A stretch of 64,000 bases of DNA from the human T2T-CHM13v2.0 reference genome, Homo sapiens (GCF_009914755.1 NC_060926.1); one strand, 5' to 3'; positions 1 through 13,033 are shown, counted from the stretch's first letter. Notes: generated from the letters alone by a model not told the origin. Numbers and translations: made by a program.

Positions 1-2057
1 CTTCAAGTTAAAACAAAAGCAAACTAACAACATGAAAATATTAAACTCACAGTAAATAAGAACATAATCAAATTCAGAATATTCTAATACTGTGATGGTG
101 GTGTGTAGATCATGTTTGACTTTAATATAAAAGTTAAAAGACAAGACTATTAAAATTAATATGGCCATCATCATTTGCTAATAGATATACAATATCTATT
201 GAAGCATCTAAGTATATAAAGCAAAAATTGATATAACTGAAGGGAGAAGTAAACAGCAATACAATAATAGTAGAAGACTTTAATAACCCACTTTCAACAA
301 TAAACAGATCATCCAGGTAGAAAAATCAATAAGTAAACATTGGACTTGAACAACACTATAGACCAAATGAACCTAACGGACGTATATAAACCATTCCATT
401 CAACCACAGCGGAATACATGTTCTTCTCTAGCACACATAGAATGTTATCCAGGATCATAGATTAGGCCACAAAACAAGATTTACCAAATTCAAGAAGGTT
501 GAAATCATGTCTAGGATCTTTCATGAACAGAATGGTATGAAATTAGAAAACAATAACAGGAAGAAAATTAGAAAACTTAAAAAAAATGTTGGAATTAAAC
601 AACATACCCCTGAATATCCAATAAATCAGAGAAGAAAGCAAAAGAGAAAAATATCTTGAGACAAAAATGAAACACAACATATCAAATCTTATGGGATATA
701 GCAAAACCAGTTCTAAGAGGTAATTTTATAGCAATGAACACCTATATTAAGAAAAGATCTCAAATAAGCAACCTAACTTTACACCTTAAGGAACTAGAAG
801 AAAACACCAAAACAAAATTAAGCCAAACATTAACAGAAAAAAATCAAACTATATTAGAACAGAGATAAAATAAAGACTAGAGAACAATAGATAAGATCAA
901 TAAAAATAGGAGTTGTTTTTTTAAGAAGATAAACAACATTGACAAAACTTTAACTAGATTATCTAAGAAAAAAGAGATGACTTAAATAAAATCATAAATG
1001 AAAAAGGAAGCATAACCACTGATATCACAGGAATATAAAGAATTACAGGATACTATTTGTATAATAATTCACCAACAAATTGGATAACCGAGAAGAAATG
1101 GATAAGTTTCTAGAAAGACACACCTACTAAGACTGAATCATAAAGAAAAAGAAAATTAAAACAGAATAATAACTAATCAGAAGAAATAAAGTTGAAGCAG
1201 TAATCACAAATCTCTCATCAAAGAAAAATGCAGACACTAATGGCTTCTCTGGTGAATTCTACCAAACCTCTGAAAAAAATTAATACTAATTCTTCTCAAA
1301 CTCTTCCAAAAAATTAAAGAGAAAACACTTACAAACTCATTTTACAAGGTCAGCACTATCCTGATACCAAAGCCAGGCAAGGACACTACAAGAAAAAGAT
1401 TATAAGCCAATATCCCCAATAAACATAGATGCAAAAATCCTCACCAAAATACTAGCAAACTGAATGGAACAGCACATTAAGAGGATCATTCATCATAGGA
1501 AAGTGAGATTTACACTTGGGAGGAAAGGACGGCTCAACATACACAAATCAAAAATTGTGATACACTTCATTAACAGAATGAAGGATAAAAATCATATGAT
1601 CATCTTAATATATGCATAAAAGGCATTTGACACAATTCACAACTCTTTCATAATAAAAACTCAACAAATTAGATAAAGAAAAAATGTATTTCAACATTAA
1701 AAAGGCCATATATAACATATCCACAGTTGAAATCATACTCAATGGCGAAATGCTGAAAACTTTTTCTCTAAGACCAGGATGCCCATTCTCACCACTTGGT
1801 ATTCAACATAGTACTTGAAATCTTAGCTGAAAATATTAGGCAAGGAAAAGAAATAAAAAGCATCTTCATTTGAAGGGAAGAAGTTAAATTGTCTCTACTC
1901 GCAGATGGCATTATCTTATATAAAGAACACCCTAAAGACTATACCAACAAATCTGTTAAAACCTAATTTAGTGAAGTTTCAGAATAAAAAAGTCAACAGA
2001 CAAAAATCAGTTGCATTTCAATACACTAACAACAAACTATCCAGAAAAGAAATTAAG
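1..2057 (+). mobile_element. Old L1 (L1MA-like) ORF2 region, left part
   Basis: Decayed endonuclease and RT sequence, e.g. aacatagatgcaaaaatcctc and aagttaaattgtctctactcgcagatggc. Confidence 0.85.
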
Positions 2058-3622
2058 TCAGGTAGCATGATGCCTCCAGCTTTGTTCTTTTTGCTTAGGA
2101 TTGCCTTGTCTATTTGGGCTTTTTGTTGTTGTTGTTTCTTATGAATTTTAAAAATAGGTTTTTTTTCCTAGTTCTGTGAAGAATGTCAATGGTAGTTTAA
2201 TAGGAATACTATTGAATTTCTAAATTGCTTTGGGCAGTATGGCCATTTTTACAATATTGTTTCTTCTTATCCATGAGCACAAAATGTTTTTCTATCTGTT
2301 TGTGTCACCTCTGATTTCTTTGAGCAGTGTTTTGTGGTTCTCCTTGTAGGGATCTTTAACCTCCCTACTTATCTGTATTCCTAGTATTTTATTCTTTTTG
2401 TGGCAATTGTGAATGAGATTACATTCCTGATTTGGCTCTCAGCTTGATTGTTGGTGTATAGGAATGCTAGTGATTTTTGCACATTGATTTTGTATCCCGA
2501 GACCTTGCTGAAGTTGCTTATCAGCTTAAGAAGCTTTTGGGCTGAGACTATGGGGTTTTCTAGATATTGGATCATGTCATCTGCAAAGAGGGATAGTTTG
2601 AATTCTTCTCTTCCTATTTGGATGTCCTTTACTTCTTTCCCTTGGCTGATTGCCCTAGCCAGGACTTCCAATGCTATGTTGAATAGGATTAGTGAGAGAG
2701 GGCATCCTTGTCTTGTGCCAGTTTTCAGGGGGAATACTTCCAGTTTTTGCCCATTCAGTATGATGCTGAATGTGGGTTTGCCATAGATGGCTCTTATTAT
2801 ATTGAAGTATATTCCTTCAATACCTAATTTATCGAGTTTTTTTTTTAACATGAAGGGGTGCTGAATTTTACTGAAAGTCTTTTCTGCATCTATTGAGATA
2901 ATCATGTGGTTTGTGTCTTCAGTTCTGTTTATGTTATGTATCACATTTATTGATTTAGTTATGTTGAACCAAACTTGCATCCCAGGGATAAAGCCTATTT
3001 GATCATGGTGGATAAGCTTTTTGATGTGCTGCTGGATTTGGTTTGCCAGTATTTTGTTGAGGATTTTTGCATCAATGTTCATCAAGGATATTGGCCTGAA
3101 GTTTTCTTTTTTGTTGTATTTATGCAAGGTTTTGGTATCACAATGATACTGGGTCATAGAATGAGTTAGGGAGGGGTCCCTCCTCCTCAATTTTTTTGGA
3201 ATAGTTTCAGCAGGAATATTGCCAGCTCTTCTTCATACATCTGGCAGAATTCATTTGTGAATCCATCTGGCCCTGGCTTTTTTTGGTTAGTAAGCTATTT
3301 AATACTGACTCAATTTCAGAGCTTATTATTGGTCTGTTCAGGGATTCGAATTCTTCCTGGCTCAGTCTTAGAGTGTATGTGTGTCCAGGAAATTATCCAT
3401 TTCTTCTAAATTTTCTAGTTTATGTGCATAGAGGTGTTTATAATATTATCTGGTGGTTGTTTATATTTCTATAGGGTCAGTGGTAATGTCCCCTTTGTTG
3501 TTTCTGATCCCCTTTGCGTTTATTTGAATCTTCTCTCTTTTCTTCTTTATTAGTCTAACAAGCAGCTTATTTTTTTTTTTTTCAAAAAAAACCCAGCTCC
3601 TGGATTTGTTGATCTTTTGAAT

Positions 3623-3658
<36 letters not shown>

Positions 3659-3929
3659 TCAATCTCCTTCAGTTCAGCTCTGATTTTGGTTATTTCTTGT
3701 GGTCTACTAGCTTGGGATTTGTTTGCTCTTAGTTGTCTAGTTCTTTCAGTTGTGATGTTAGGTTGTTAACTTGAGAGCTTTCTAACTTTTTGATATGGGA
3801 ATTTAATCTTATAAATTTCCCTCTTAATACTGCCTTAGCTGTGTCCCAGAGATTCTGGTATGTTGTATCTTTGTTCTTACTAGTTTTGAACAACTTTTTG
3901 ATTCTGCCTTAATTTTATTATTTACCCAA
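2058..3929 (-). mobile_element. Inverted 5' segment of a younger L1PA insertion (ORF2 RT pseudo-ORF)
   Basis: ORF 2381-3190 is L1 RT ([38 protein letters not shown]). Confidence 0.92.
3624..3657. repeat. (GT)17 microsatellite inside the L1
   Basis: Perfect run. Confidence 0.95.
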
Positions 3930-4314
3930 TGTGGTACATATACACCATGGAATACTATGCAGCCATAAAAAGGAATGAGATCACGTACGTTGCAAGGACA
4001 TAGGTGGAGCTGGAGGCCATTATCCTTAGCAAACTAGCACAGGGACAGAAAACTAAATACCATATGTTCTCACTTAGAAGTGGGAGCTAAATTATGGGAA
4101 CACATGGACACCTAGAGGGGAACAACACACACTGGGACCTATTGGAGGGTGTGGTGTAGGAGGAGGGAGGGGATCAGCAAAAATTACTAATGTGTACTAG
4201 GCTTAATACCTGGGTGATGAAATAATTTGTACAATAAACCCCGATGAAACAAGTTTACCTATATAGCAAACCTGCACATGTACCCCTCAACTTAAAATAA
4301 AAGTTAAAAAAAAA
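3930..4314 (+). mobile_element. Forward 3' end and A-tail of the same L1PA element
   Basis: L1PA 3' UTR (tactaggcttaatacctgggtgatg...aacctgcacatgtacccc...aataaaagttaaaaaaaa) followed by a degenerate TSD. Confidence 0.88.
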
Positions 4315-4955
4315 GATTAAGAAATCAATTCATTTTATAATAACATAAACAAAATTTAGAAATAAATTTAACCAAAGAGGTAAAAAGATCTATATACTGA
4401 AAACTATAAAACACAGATAAATGGAAAGATATCCCACATTCATGGATTGGAAAGTTAATATTGTTAAAATGTCCATTCTACTCAAAGCTATCTACAGATT
4501 CAATGTAATAATTATCTAAAAAAAAATCAAGTTCATAGAAGTAGAGAGTAGAATAGTGGTTGCCAGGGAACAGGGATTGGGAGGAATGGAGTGATGTTGG
4601 TCAAATGGTAGAAAGTTTCAGTTATTCAGGAGAGAAAAGCTCTGGAGATCTATTTTTTATTTTCTGTTTATTTTTTAACTTAGAGTTCATTTTGCCTTAC
4701 ATGTAAATATAATGTACAGGATGGAACTGTTGTTAACAGTGTTGTGTTGTGTACTTGAAATTTGCTAAGAGAATAGATCCTAAATGTTCTCACCACAAAA
4801 AAAGGTAACTATGTGAGGTAGTAGGTATGTTAATTGATTGTGGTGATTACTTCACAATGTATACATGTATCAATACATCACATCTCACAACTTAAATATA
4901 TACAATATTTAGTTGTCAATTATTCCTCAGGAAAGCTGAAAAAAATAAATAAAAT
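4315..4955 (+). mobile_element. Old L1MA-like element resumes, then its 3' UTR
   Basis: ORF2 continues from the point interrupted at 2057. L1MA-type 3' end (tacttgaaatttgctaagagaatagatcc, aactatgtgagg). Confidence 0.8.
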
Positions 4956-5064
4956 TTACCTGTTTCTCATTTAGAAATTTGCAAGAATATTTTCAGAACT
5001 TAAAAAAAATAGTCTGCATACTGGCTAGAACTTGATAGTAAAGTCAAAACATGAAAGGAAAACA

Positions 5065-5145
5065 AAGAAGGAAGGAAGGAAGGGCAGGAGGGAGAGAAGG
5101 AAGGAAGGAAGGAAGAGGAAAAGGAAAAGGAAAGGGAAAGAGGGA
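5065..5145. repeat. GA-rich (GGAA)n-like low-complexity repeat
   Basis: Purine-dominated ggaa/ggaaa units. Confidence 0.85.
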
Positions 5146-6984
5146 GTTGATCATTTACATGCCAGGAACTAACTCAGATGTATCGTATACCTGATAACTG
5201 AGCATGCAATCTACTTCTTGTTCTTGCCTATGATCTATAGGTGTGCTGCAGATGGCATCAACGCTTTTCTCCTAAAAAGAACTCAACTCAGTCCTGGGCT
5301 AGAAAAAGATGCTAAAACATTGGAGAAACTATTAGAGCTGTGGCTTCTGTATATTCACTTAGTACTTATACATTAACTACCAGAAAAACTTCTGCAAATA
5401 TTTAACAATCACTGTCCTTTTAATGTTTACTCTTTCTCTTTTTCTCTTATACATGTTCTTAAAGACACTTATACTCTAAAACCTATTCCTATTGCTCATA
5501 TAGTAAAAGAAAGTCTCAGACAAGTTTTACTTGATTGAATTACCTGAAGTTGCTCTATTAATTAGGCTTACTAAGCCAATTTTTATTGTATAATTTATGC
5601 ATTCCCATTAGTAATATACGACAATGCCTTCCAAAAAAGCCTAACTTCAAACTATAACATAGTTTAAGACTCAGAAGAATTTGACATGGAAAAATGACCT
5701 TATTAATATGCATAGAAACACATCAATTATATTTCTTGATATCCTTCAATTTTAATAGTTTTAAAAGTTCTGATTCATGACCTTGAGTAAAATACATATC
5801 AGAGCTAATGAAATTATACTACATTTTTTTAATTTCAAGCTATTCATTGCAGTCTTAACTATTTGACCAGTTGGTCAGTAGTTAAGAATATGCTTTAGTT
5901 TTTAATATCTTTAAAATGAATAAGTATCCACAAAATCTATATTTTTAGGTATCTCATTTCATAGATACAAGCAGACTCATTAATTAATTGTATATTGAGG
6001 TTTGCCTTGTGTATTGTCAATGATTTAATGTTCTATGATTCAGTAATTAGGCAATGCAATTGCTATTAAAATCTTTTTTATCATTACCAAATTCAGCGGA
6101 TAAATTGGAATAAAATTGTTGAAGACTTTATACTTTCAGGGAGTGTTATGGTGAAAGGGGAGAGAAAATGGTATGGAAGGAAGGGTCAGCAACAAATGAG
6201 GAATCTAGGCTATAATGGTGTTCAAATTTTTTTTTCCATTTCAGGGACACCCTCTTTTTAAAGGACATTCAATTCAAATGTATCTTCTCTGGTTAAAGTA
6301 TGGTGAAGTCTGTCCTGTGGGCACTCCCCATTGACTCCTAGCAGCTCTTGAGCCCCATCTTCAGGATCCGTACTTTGATAGTCACTGACAATTAGCTTTG
6401 AAAATCTATAGTTCCAATCCTGTGAAATGAGAAGAATGTTGAAGCTATAAAGGAGGTCTTTGCCTGCATTCAGATTCTGACACCAAAGACTCCTCTGATT
6501 ATACTGAAGTATGTAAGAAAACCTTCTCTTGAAATCAAGGACCATTTCTCTTCATCTTATCTTGAGCTACATACCAAATATGAGTACACATAGTTAGGAT
6601 TCAATAAATAATTTAAGATACTTGTGAACACCTTGCTCTGACTGGTTCTATTTTTACATTCAGAGAGGAAAGCATCCTGTATTCTCCCTATAAACAAATC
6701 TAGGAGAATAGGGTCATGGACATCCTATGTACACAGAATTACAGTCCGATGTTGGGTATCTTACTCCTGTGAAGTGAAGGGAAATAGAAAAGTAAACAAA
6801 GAAGACCACAGTATAAGATGTCACCTTAAAATATAAACCTGAAGACAAGAAAAACCAGGCTCAAGGAACAAATGAGCAGGAAAGTTGAAATTCTAGAATA
6901 CATTTGTTTTATACCAATATTATTTGCATCTTGTTTAAATGAAAAGTTGTTTACATACACAATGGATGACTACAAAGAAACAGC

Positions 6985-7165
6985 ATGGAAACTGGAATCA
7001 GAGGCCTGTGTCTGAATTTCATGTCTACCACTGAACAACTGCATGACACTGGGAAATTTACTTAGTTTCTATAGACCTCATTTTTCTTATCTGTAAAATG
7101 GCTTCCACAATCTGAAACTCAAAGGTCTCTTGACAAGATTGAATGTGATAATGCATGTAAGGGAT
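6985..7165 (+). mobile_element. MIR SINE
   Basis: MIR core cctcatttttcttatctgtaaaatgg and 3' gattgaatgtgataatgcatgtaa. Confidence 0.75.
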
Positions 7166-9444
7166 CAGGACGAAACCCAGCACAAAAAAAGACTGCAAGC
7201 CACACTGTTTACAAACACCGTTTCCAAGTAAAAAAAAAACCTGCTCATTGAAACTGAAGGCACCAGTGTCTGTTGGGTTCAGCACGTAGTGAGACGCTCA
7301 ACTACCTGCCTCAGGTAAGCTTAGTGTGCTTACGTACTTCACTAACGATAGCTAGTTTAGAGGTTCTTTCCTCGTAATTCAGGTGATATAATTGCTCTAT
7401 GGTTATGCCCTACCCACCTTGTCTTAAACAGTGCAAAATATGTGATATCATTACACATTTCTTATCAGGAAAATATTTCAAAGGGCAGGCACTCTCTGTG
7501 TTTCCTTAGTAACAGCAGCTATGTGGAGCATCTTCTGTATTATGTTTAACATGGTGCAAATATGAACAAGTAATCACAACTCCTGTGCACCAGCAACTAG
7601 AGAAATGTAGCTACAATAAAATAGGTGGCATTCATATTTGTTTGTTGGCCATACCTGGGACTTTTTAAGAACCTGTTTTTGGTTAATCTTGTTTTTTTTT
7701 TTAAATTCTAAACCCTTTTTTGTGTAATGTTGCAGCAGAAGCGAGGGTCTCAGAAAACATCTCCTGTTCTGATCTGGCACAGTTCCAATTATATGGATAA
7801 CCTTCCATTTGTAAAGCTCTGAAATAAGTGTCACAAGGATACGTAGATTTAAGATGCAGGTCCATCTAGAAGAAGTACAATCTGGTTGAAGGATGGTGGG
7901 GCAATACAACAAGTACATAACTCACTTTGTTGCAAGGCATAATTGGTAAATCCTCATCTACTGGGACTACAGAAGTTTGACAACCCCTGTCTCTCGTGTC
8001 TTATGGCCACCAATGACTGCAGTCTTTCATTGTGAATTTGGGTTTCGTCTCAGAAATCTTCTCAACATGATGCTCTGTCAAGCCAACAATGTTTGAGCAG
8101 TCAGCCATTTGTTTAATATCTCTGGATTATTGCATTGGTAATTCTTGCTGAAAACACTCAAGTCACCTGGGAGAACTGATCTGTTTATTAATAGCTTTTA
8201 GGATTTCAACATTTCATATTTAAACAGAGAAATCTAACATTACTTGACAGAAAACAGGAGTGGTCATAGGAATGAAAAATTCACATATCTTTGGGAACCA
8301 AGTTATTATTATCAATGAGTGTCATGGACTGGATAAGAAAACAAGGACTGGTTGGACCAGAATTATAGCAGGATACAGACACAAAGGCATTTAAATTTTA
8401 AAATTCTAAGAATGAAATATAACTATAGTAAATACATCTTTGGACTACTTTTGGCTTATGGATCATGGTTTGCAAACCCTTGATCTGTGACATAGATGTT
8501 AAAGGTGGGGTAATGAGGTTGTGTGTGCAGATCTCCAAACACCAGAGCATCATGGGCAGCACTAACCTGCATGGTGCCCTTAGGAGGGCTGTAAGCCAGA
8601 AGCAAGTTCTCCATTCTGCCCTAGTCAGGCGTGACTATACCAAGGCTTATAACTGGAGATACAAGCCAAGCCATATACCTGGCAATTCAGCAAAGTTCAG
8701 AGAAATATGGCATGAATTCATACAAATTAATCAAGTGCATAACATTAAGAAACTGCAATTTTGAGTTGTGCGTATGCTTATAGTGGCCCATTTCTAAATT
8801 AAAAGGAAGACTATTTCTGTTTTTCTCTTTCCACACTTGATAAAATTAAGAAAAATGTGGACAATGACAAGAATAGTAATAGAAGTTGTAACATGACTTC
8901 AAGCCATCCTTAAGTAAATATACATTTATCTGCTTACAGTGAATGAAAAACAAAGGTAAAAATCTATCTCCTTCTGTGTCCCATGTAAACTATACATAGT
9001 TATAGATCACTTATACCACTTTCCTGTTTTCCTTAGTAGAAGCATCCTTCCTAGAAGCAGAGTATTTTAAGAAAACGAAAGTAGTTTGCCCTAAGGCTTT
9101 TTAAAATTTACATTTTATTCCTTGTGAATTGGCCGTCCCAGAGAATTTCTGAAAGAATTACAGAGCTAATACTTTTGAAAAAAATTCATATAAGAAAATA
9201 TTTGCCACATCTTTGACCTACATTACAACTGGTATTAATATGGTAGGATTCTTAGGAGATACACATGAATTTTAGAAAATTATACACAGATATTTCAAAA
9301 TCTTCAATACATTTTCTACATATTAGGTGACAGAATCTTGAACAAACTTCTAGGATTCATTTTCTAAGAGCTTTGTTTTCCTAATCCAAGAATATTAGTT
9401 ACACACTCAGTCCAAATGCATTATTGGTGAAATTTTGGCTCAAA

Positions 9445-9760
9445 TCAATATAGTCAGCAATATTTATTGAACACCTCATGTTTGTGTTTGATTCTGTCAC
9501 CTTCTAAAAAGAAGCAGTATTCATAAATCCACCTTTCAAAATGTTTTTTAAAATATTGCCTTAAAACTGTATCTTAAAAAGATTGAGTTATCATGAAATG
9601 CCCCTTAGACTGTTCTGATAGAGACCTTTAACAATTTTTACACTAATTTTTTTCCTTATCAAGTGCGTAGTGCAAACTTGGCACAACACTATGAATGAAA
9701 AGCGACCCCCACCTATAAAGAGTTCCCAATTCAATAAGGGAGATAGACAATAAAAAGCAA
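9445..9760 (-). mobile_element. L2 3'-end fragments
   Basis: cagcaatatttattgaacacct and gagttcccaattcaataagggagatagac are typical L2 motifs. Confidence 0.45.
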
Positions 9761-10790
9761 TTACAAATCTGCTGCAAAAGACCAGACATCCAGTGTCATC
9801 TCACATACTGTACATTTTGGATTGGCTAATTACTGTGCAACACTTCTAGACAAACTCTAAATGGCCATTTATGATTAATTCTAGTATATTCTTGGTGAGC
9901 AGTGTTTGAATAGGGTCAGTTTTGTGTCTATTACCAAAAACCCACTGTGGGAAGCCCCACTTGAGAAATATATTTTATTTTTTTAAGTAGTAGGCAAAGC
10001 TTTGCTTCCCTTGAGAAACAAGATGTTTTCTCCTTTTTAACTGGCCCTTTCTACATTTTCCTTAATCTGTGAAAAAATTCAATGCCAAATTCAATGCTCA
10101 AATATAGCAATGATGGGGTCTGAATGGTCCCTATATTGTGTTTAATTTTTTCTCCCTAAATTTTCTATTTAATTTAAATTTCTTCTTTAAATTTTTGCAA
10201 AAATATTTTACTATCGAACTGCATACATCTTTGTTAAAACAGTAATATATTCCTTGTGGAACCACATGAAGCATAGGTAATAATCAAGCAATATTTTTTA
10301 AAGATAAGGTAAATATTAATATATCAATCTTTACAACTCAGATCTTTAATATTTAGAATACTGTTTCATGATCATTATAAATATTTATAAGTAATCCTCA
10401 TTTTCTCAAATTGTCCTGTTCAAAAAACAATATTCATAAAATTAGAATTTATCTAAAATCAGATTTAACAGTACATATATGATCAAGCTCCCCTCCACAC
10501 TTTTCAAATTGTAGAACATTTTGAGGCTAAAAGAATACCAAGGGCAAAATTCCAATCAATTTGCAAATCATAGCAAAACACAGGTGCAACTGGAACAGAC
10601 TGCTGTCATGCGAAAGGACATTTTCATTTTTGGTAAAACAATTTGCGTTCCTGGTTCGCATTTCAAAGCCTTAGAAAGTCCAGGGCATCATGAATTATAC
10701 ACTTGTCTTTTCTGTATTTCTGTATTGCTGTCTTACCAGTGCTTATGGAAGTGTAAGAAAGGGACTTTGCATTATAAAGTACTTTGTTTT

Positions 10791-10791
10791 A

Positions 10792-10822
<31 letters not shown>
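10791..10822. repeat. (AC)n microsatellite, one interruption
   Basis: Direct reading. Confidence 0.9.
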
Positions 10823-10823
<1 letters not shown>

Positions 10824-11073
10824 GAGCTACTCAGAATTGGGTGCACCAATTCAAAGCTGTTGAATACAAGAAAATATAAATATATACATTTTATCTTTTA
10901 TAAGATAAAAGATTTCTTATCAACCTTCCACCACAACAAACAATGAGTATTCCAGGGGCAGATCATAGGGCATCCACTGAGCCTTCCAAAAAAGGAAGAA
11001 GGACTTATGGTGAAGGAACTTAAACCCGGATAGAAAAATAACCAGATGTAGCATTGTAGAAAATGAATGTAAG

Positions 11074-12200
11074 TGAGAATTGTTATTGCTGCCGTGATTT
11101 CAGCACCTTAAATATTTAAGTGTAAATATTTAAATAGAGACGGGAAATATTTATGTTAAAAAAGAAAGCTTTTCTTTTTCATATTTTAAATCCCCACTAA
11201 TACCTGGGGATTTGCCAGGTCTTTTTACTGAAAGTCTTGTACAACGGCAGTATTTTTACATTTTTATTGAGTATACTATTATCACCTATGGTAATTTTTC
11301 TGTTTTTTTCATCCACCATCTCCAACTTAAAAGCTTTGATTAAAACAGTAACGTCACAATACCTCAAGCTCTAATTCCAAATGTTTCATGAAGGGTCCTT
11401 TGAAGTGTTTAGCCCACTCTCATGGTAAAGAATATTGTTTCCTTATTACCCACTCATATGATGCATGATTACTAAGTTTTTAAAAAGGCATTATTCAGGC
11501 ATGTGTACAAGAATATCACATGTTAAAACTAATGAAAATAAAAACTTGTATGGCTTTTATTATTCCTTGTGCTTTGAATGCTAAAACACAATGATCATCA
11601 ATGTCGACCATGAATGGCAAATGCCAATGTGCTAGGCCTTTGACACCCTTATGATGTTGCAGAACTCCCACCTTTAGAGCACTAAAAGTAATCCTGTGTT
11701 CTTGTAGTCTTATCCTATTTGTTTCATAGTTTTTTTATTGGGTGTCAAGGGGTAGTATTTAGAAAAACAGACTTTAAGGTGATGGTAGTTATCAGAAATC
11801 TCTTGCTGGCTTTTCTCTCCTTGTAAGAAAGGATAAATGCTACATACAAATATTGACATTTATTTCACATTTTACATAAAATTCATGTTTTTTAAAGCCA
11901 TGTTTATATTTATGGAAAGGTAAACACAAGGGTTCTCTATTTTTAAAAGAAGAAAAAATTATTTGATGTATTCCGAACTAATGCGAAGAGGGTAGAACTA
12001 CTTAGAAAACAAGTGCATATTTGATAAAGTAAAATAATGCTATTCTAAAAAATAAATAATAATGGAACAAAGATATTAGTGGGGATTTAAAGTATGAAAA
12101 AGACAAGCTTTTTCAAGCATAAATATTTCCCTTCTTAACCTAAATATTTACACTTAAATATTTAGGGTGCTGAAATTAACTGCAGGAATAGCAATTCTCA
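11074..12200. repeat. Long imperfect inverted repeat: arms 11074-11205 and 12071-12200, 865-bp spacer
   Basis: The reverse complement of the right arm aligns to the left arm at roughly 85% by manual alignment, with exact blocks of 24, 18, 14, 11 and 11 nt. Confidence 0.93.
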
Positions 12201-12846
12201 ACAATTGTCTATTTTTAATTTACACAAGCAAAAGTTGGAATAAAAAAATTAGTAAGATTCTGAAGTAATTTCTTTTTTCTCAAATTCCTTTTTACCATTT
12301 TTGGAAGTAATTTCTTGAAGCACCATTTTTTTTCCTTACTAAGAATGTCATATCTAAAATAATTCAGCACCACAAAAATGTTACATAATCATTCTGATGT
12401 TCTCAAAAGGCAACAGAATCATTTTTCATTACAAATAGATGAAGGATAGTGGGATACATTTAAGCTAATATCACATTCAGCAACTCTTCTGTGCCATTAT
12501 GAAAAGTAAAATCATTGTGGCGGATTAGACTTTCTTGTATCACAATAAAACAGAAGTTATTTGAGAATGCTAAGCAATAAACTCCATTAAGAACTCAATT
12601 AATAATAATGAAACCCTACACAAGGAAAATCCCCATCTAGAGTCCTGCCTGAATACTAATGATTTAATGCAAGAAGTTGTTGGAAGAGGGAGCCATGCTT
12701 GTGCTTCAATGAGTTCCTTACAGCCTCAGTACATCATTATGGCCCTGGAGTTTGTTATTAACTAAATACCTGTTCACTTACTAAAATCTCAGTCTATTAG
12801 AACAAATCTTATCCATCAGTTAACAAGAATATGATATATTCCAATA

Positions 12847-13033
12847 TAGTGGTTCACAAACTTTAGTGTGCATCAGAATCACCTAGGAATCTTAAGCCAC
12901 AGATTCCTGGACCTTGTCCCCAGAGTTTCAGATTCAGTAGGTCTTGTGTGAGGTTGGAAAATTTGCATTTGTAGTAAGTTTAGTAGGTGTTGCAGATGGT
13001 GTTGGTTCTGGAACTAGTTTGAGAACATCCCTG
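12847..13033. mobile_element. MER5A (hAT-Charlie)
   Basis: agtggttcacaaactttagtgtgcatcagaatcacct...gattcagtaggtct...tttgagaac. Confidence 0.85.

Noticed and set aside
2381-3190. 269-aa reverse-transcriptase ORF as a novel RT system
   Set aside because: It is a fragment of LINE-1 ORF2 in a truncated, frameshifted L1PA copy.
6258-6545. 95-aa minus-strand ORF as a cryptic exon or pseudogene
   Set aside because: No recognisable homology or supporting splice structure, and the length is compatible with chance.
11099-12372. TTCAGCACC matches at about 11099, 12166 (minus strand) and 12363 as REST sites
   Set aside because: Left half-sites only, with no GGACAG-like right half at canonical spacing.
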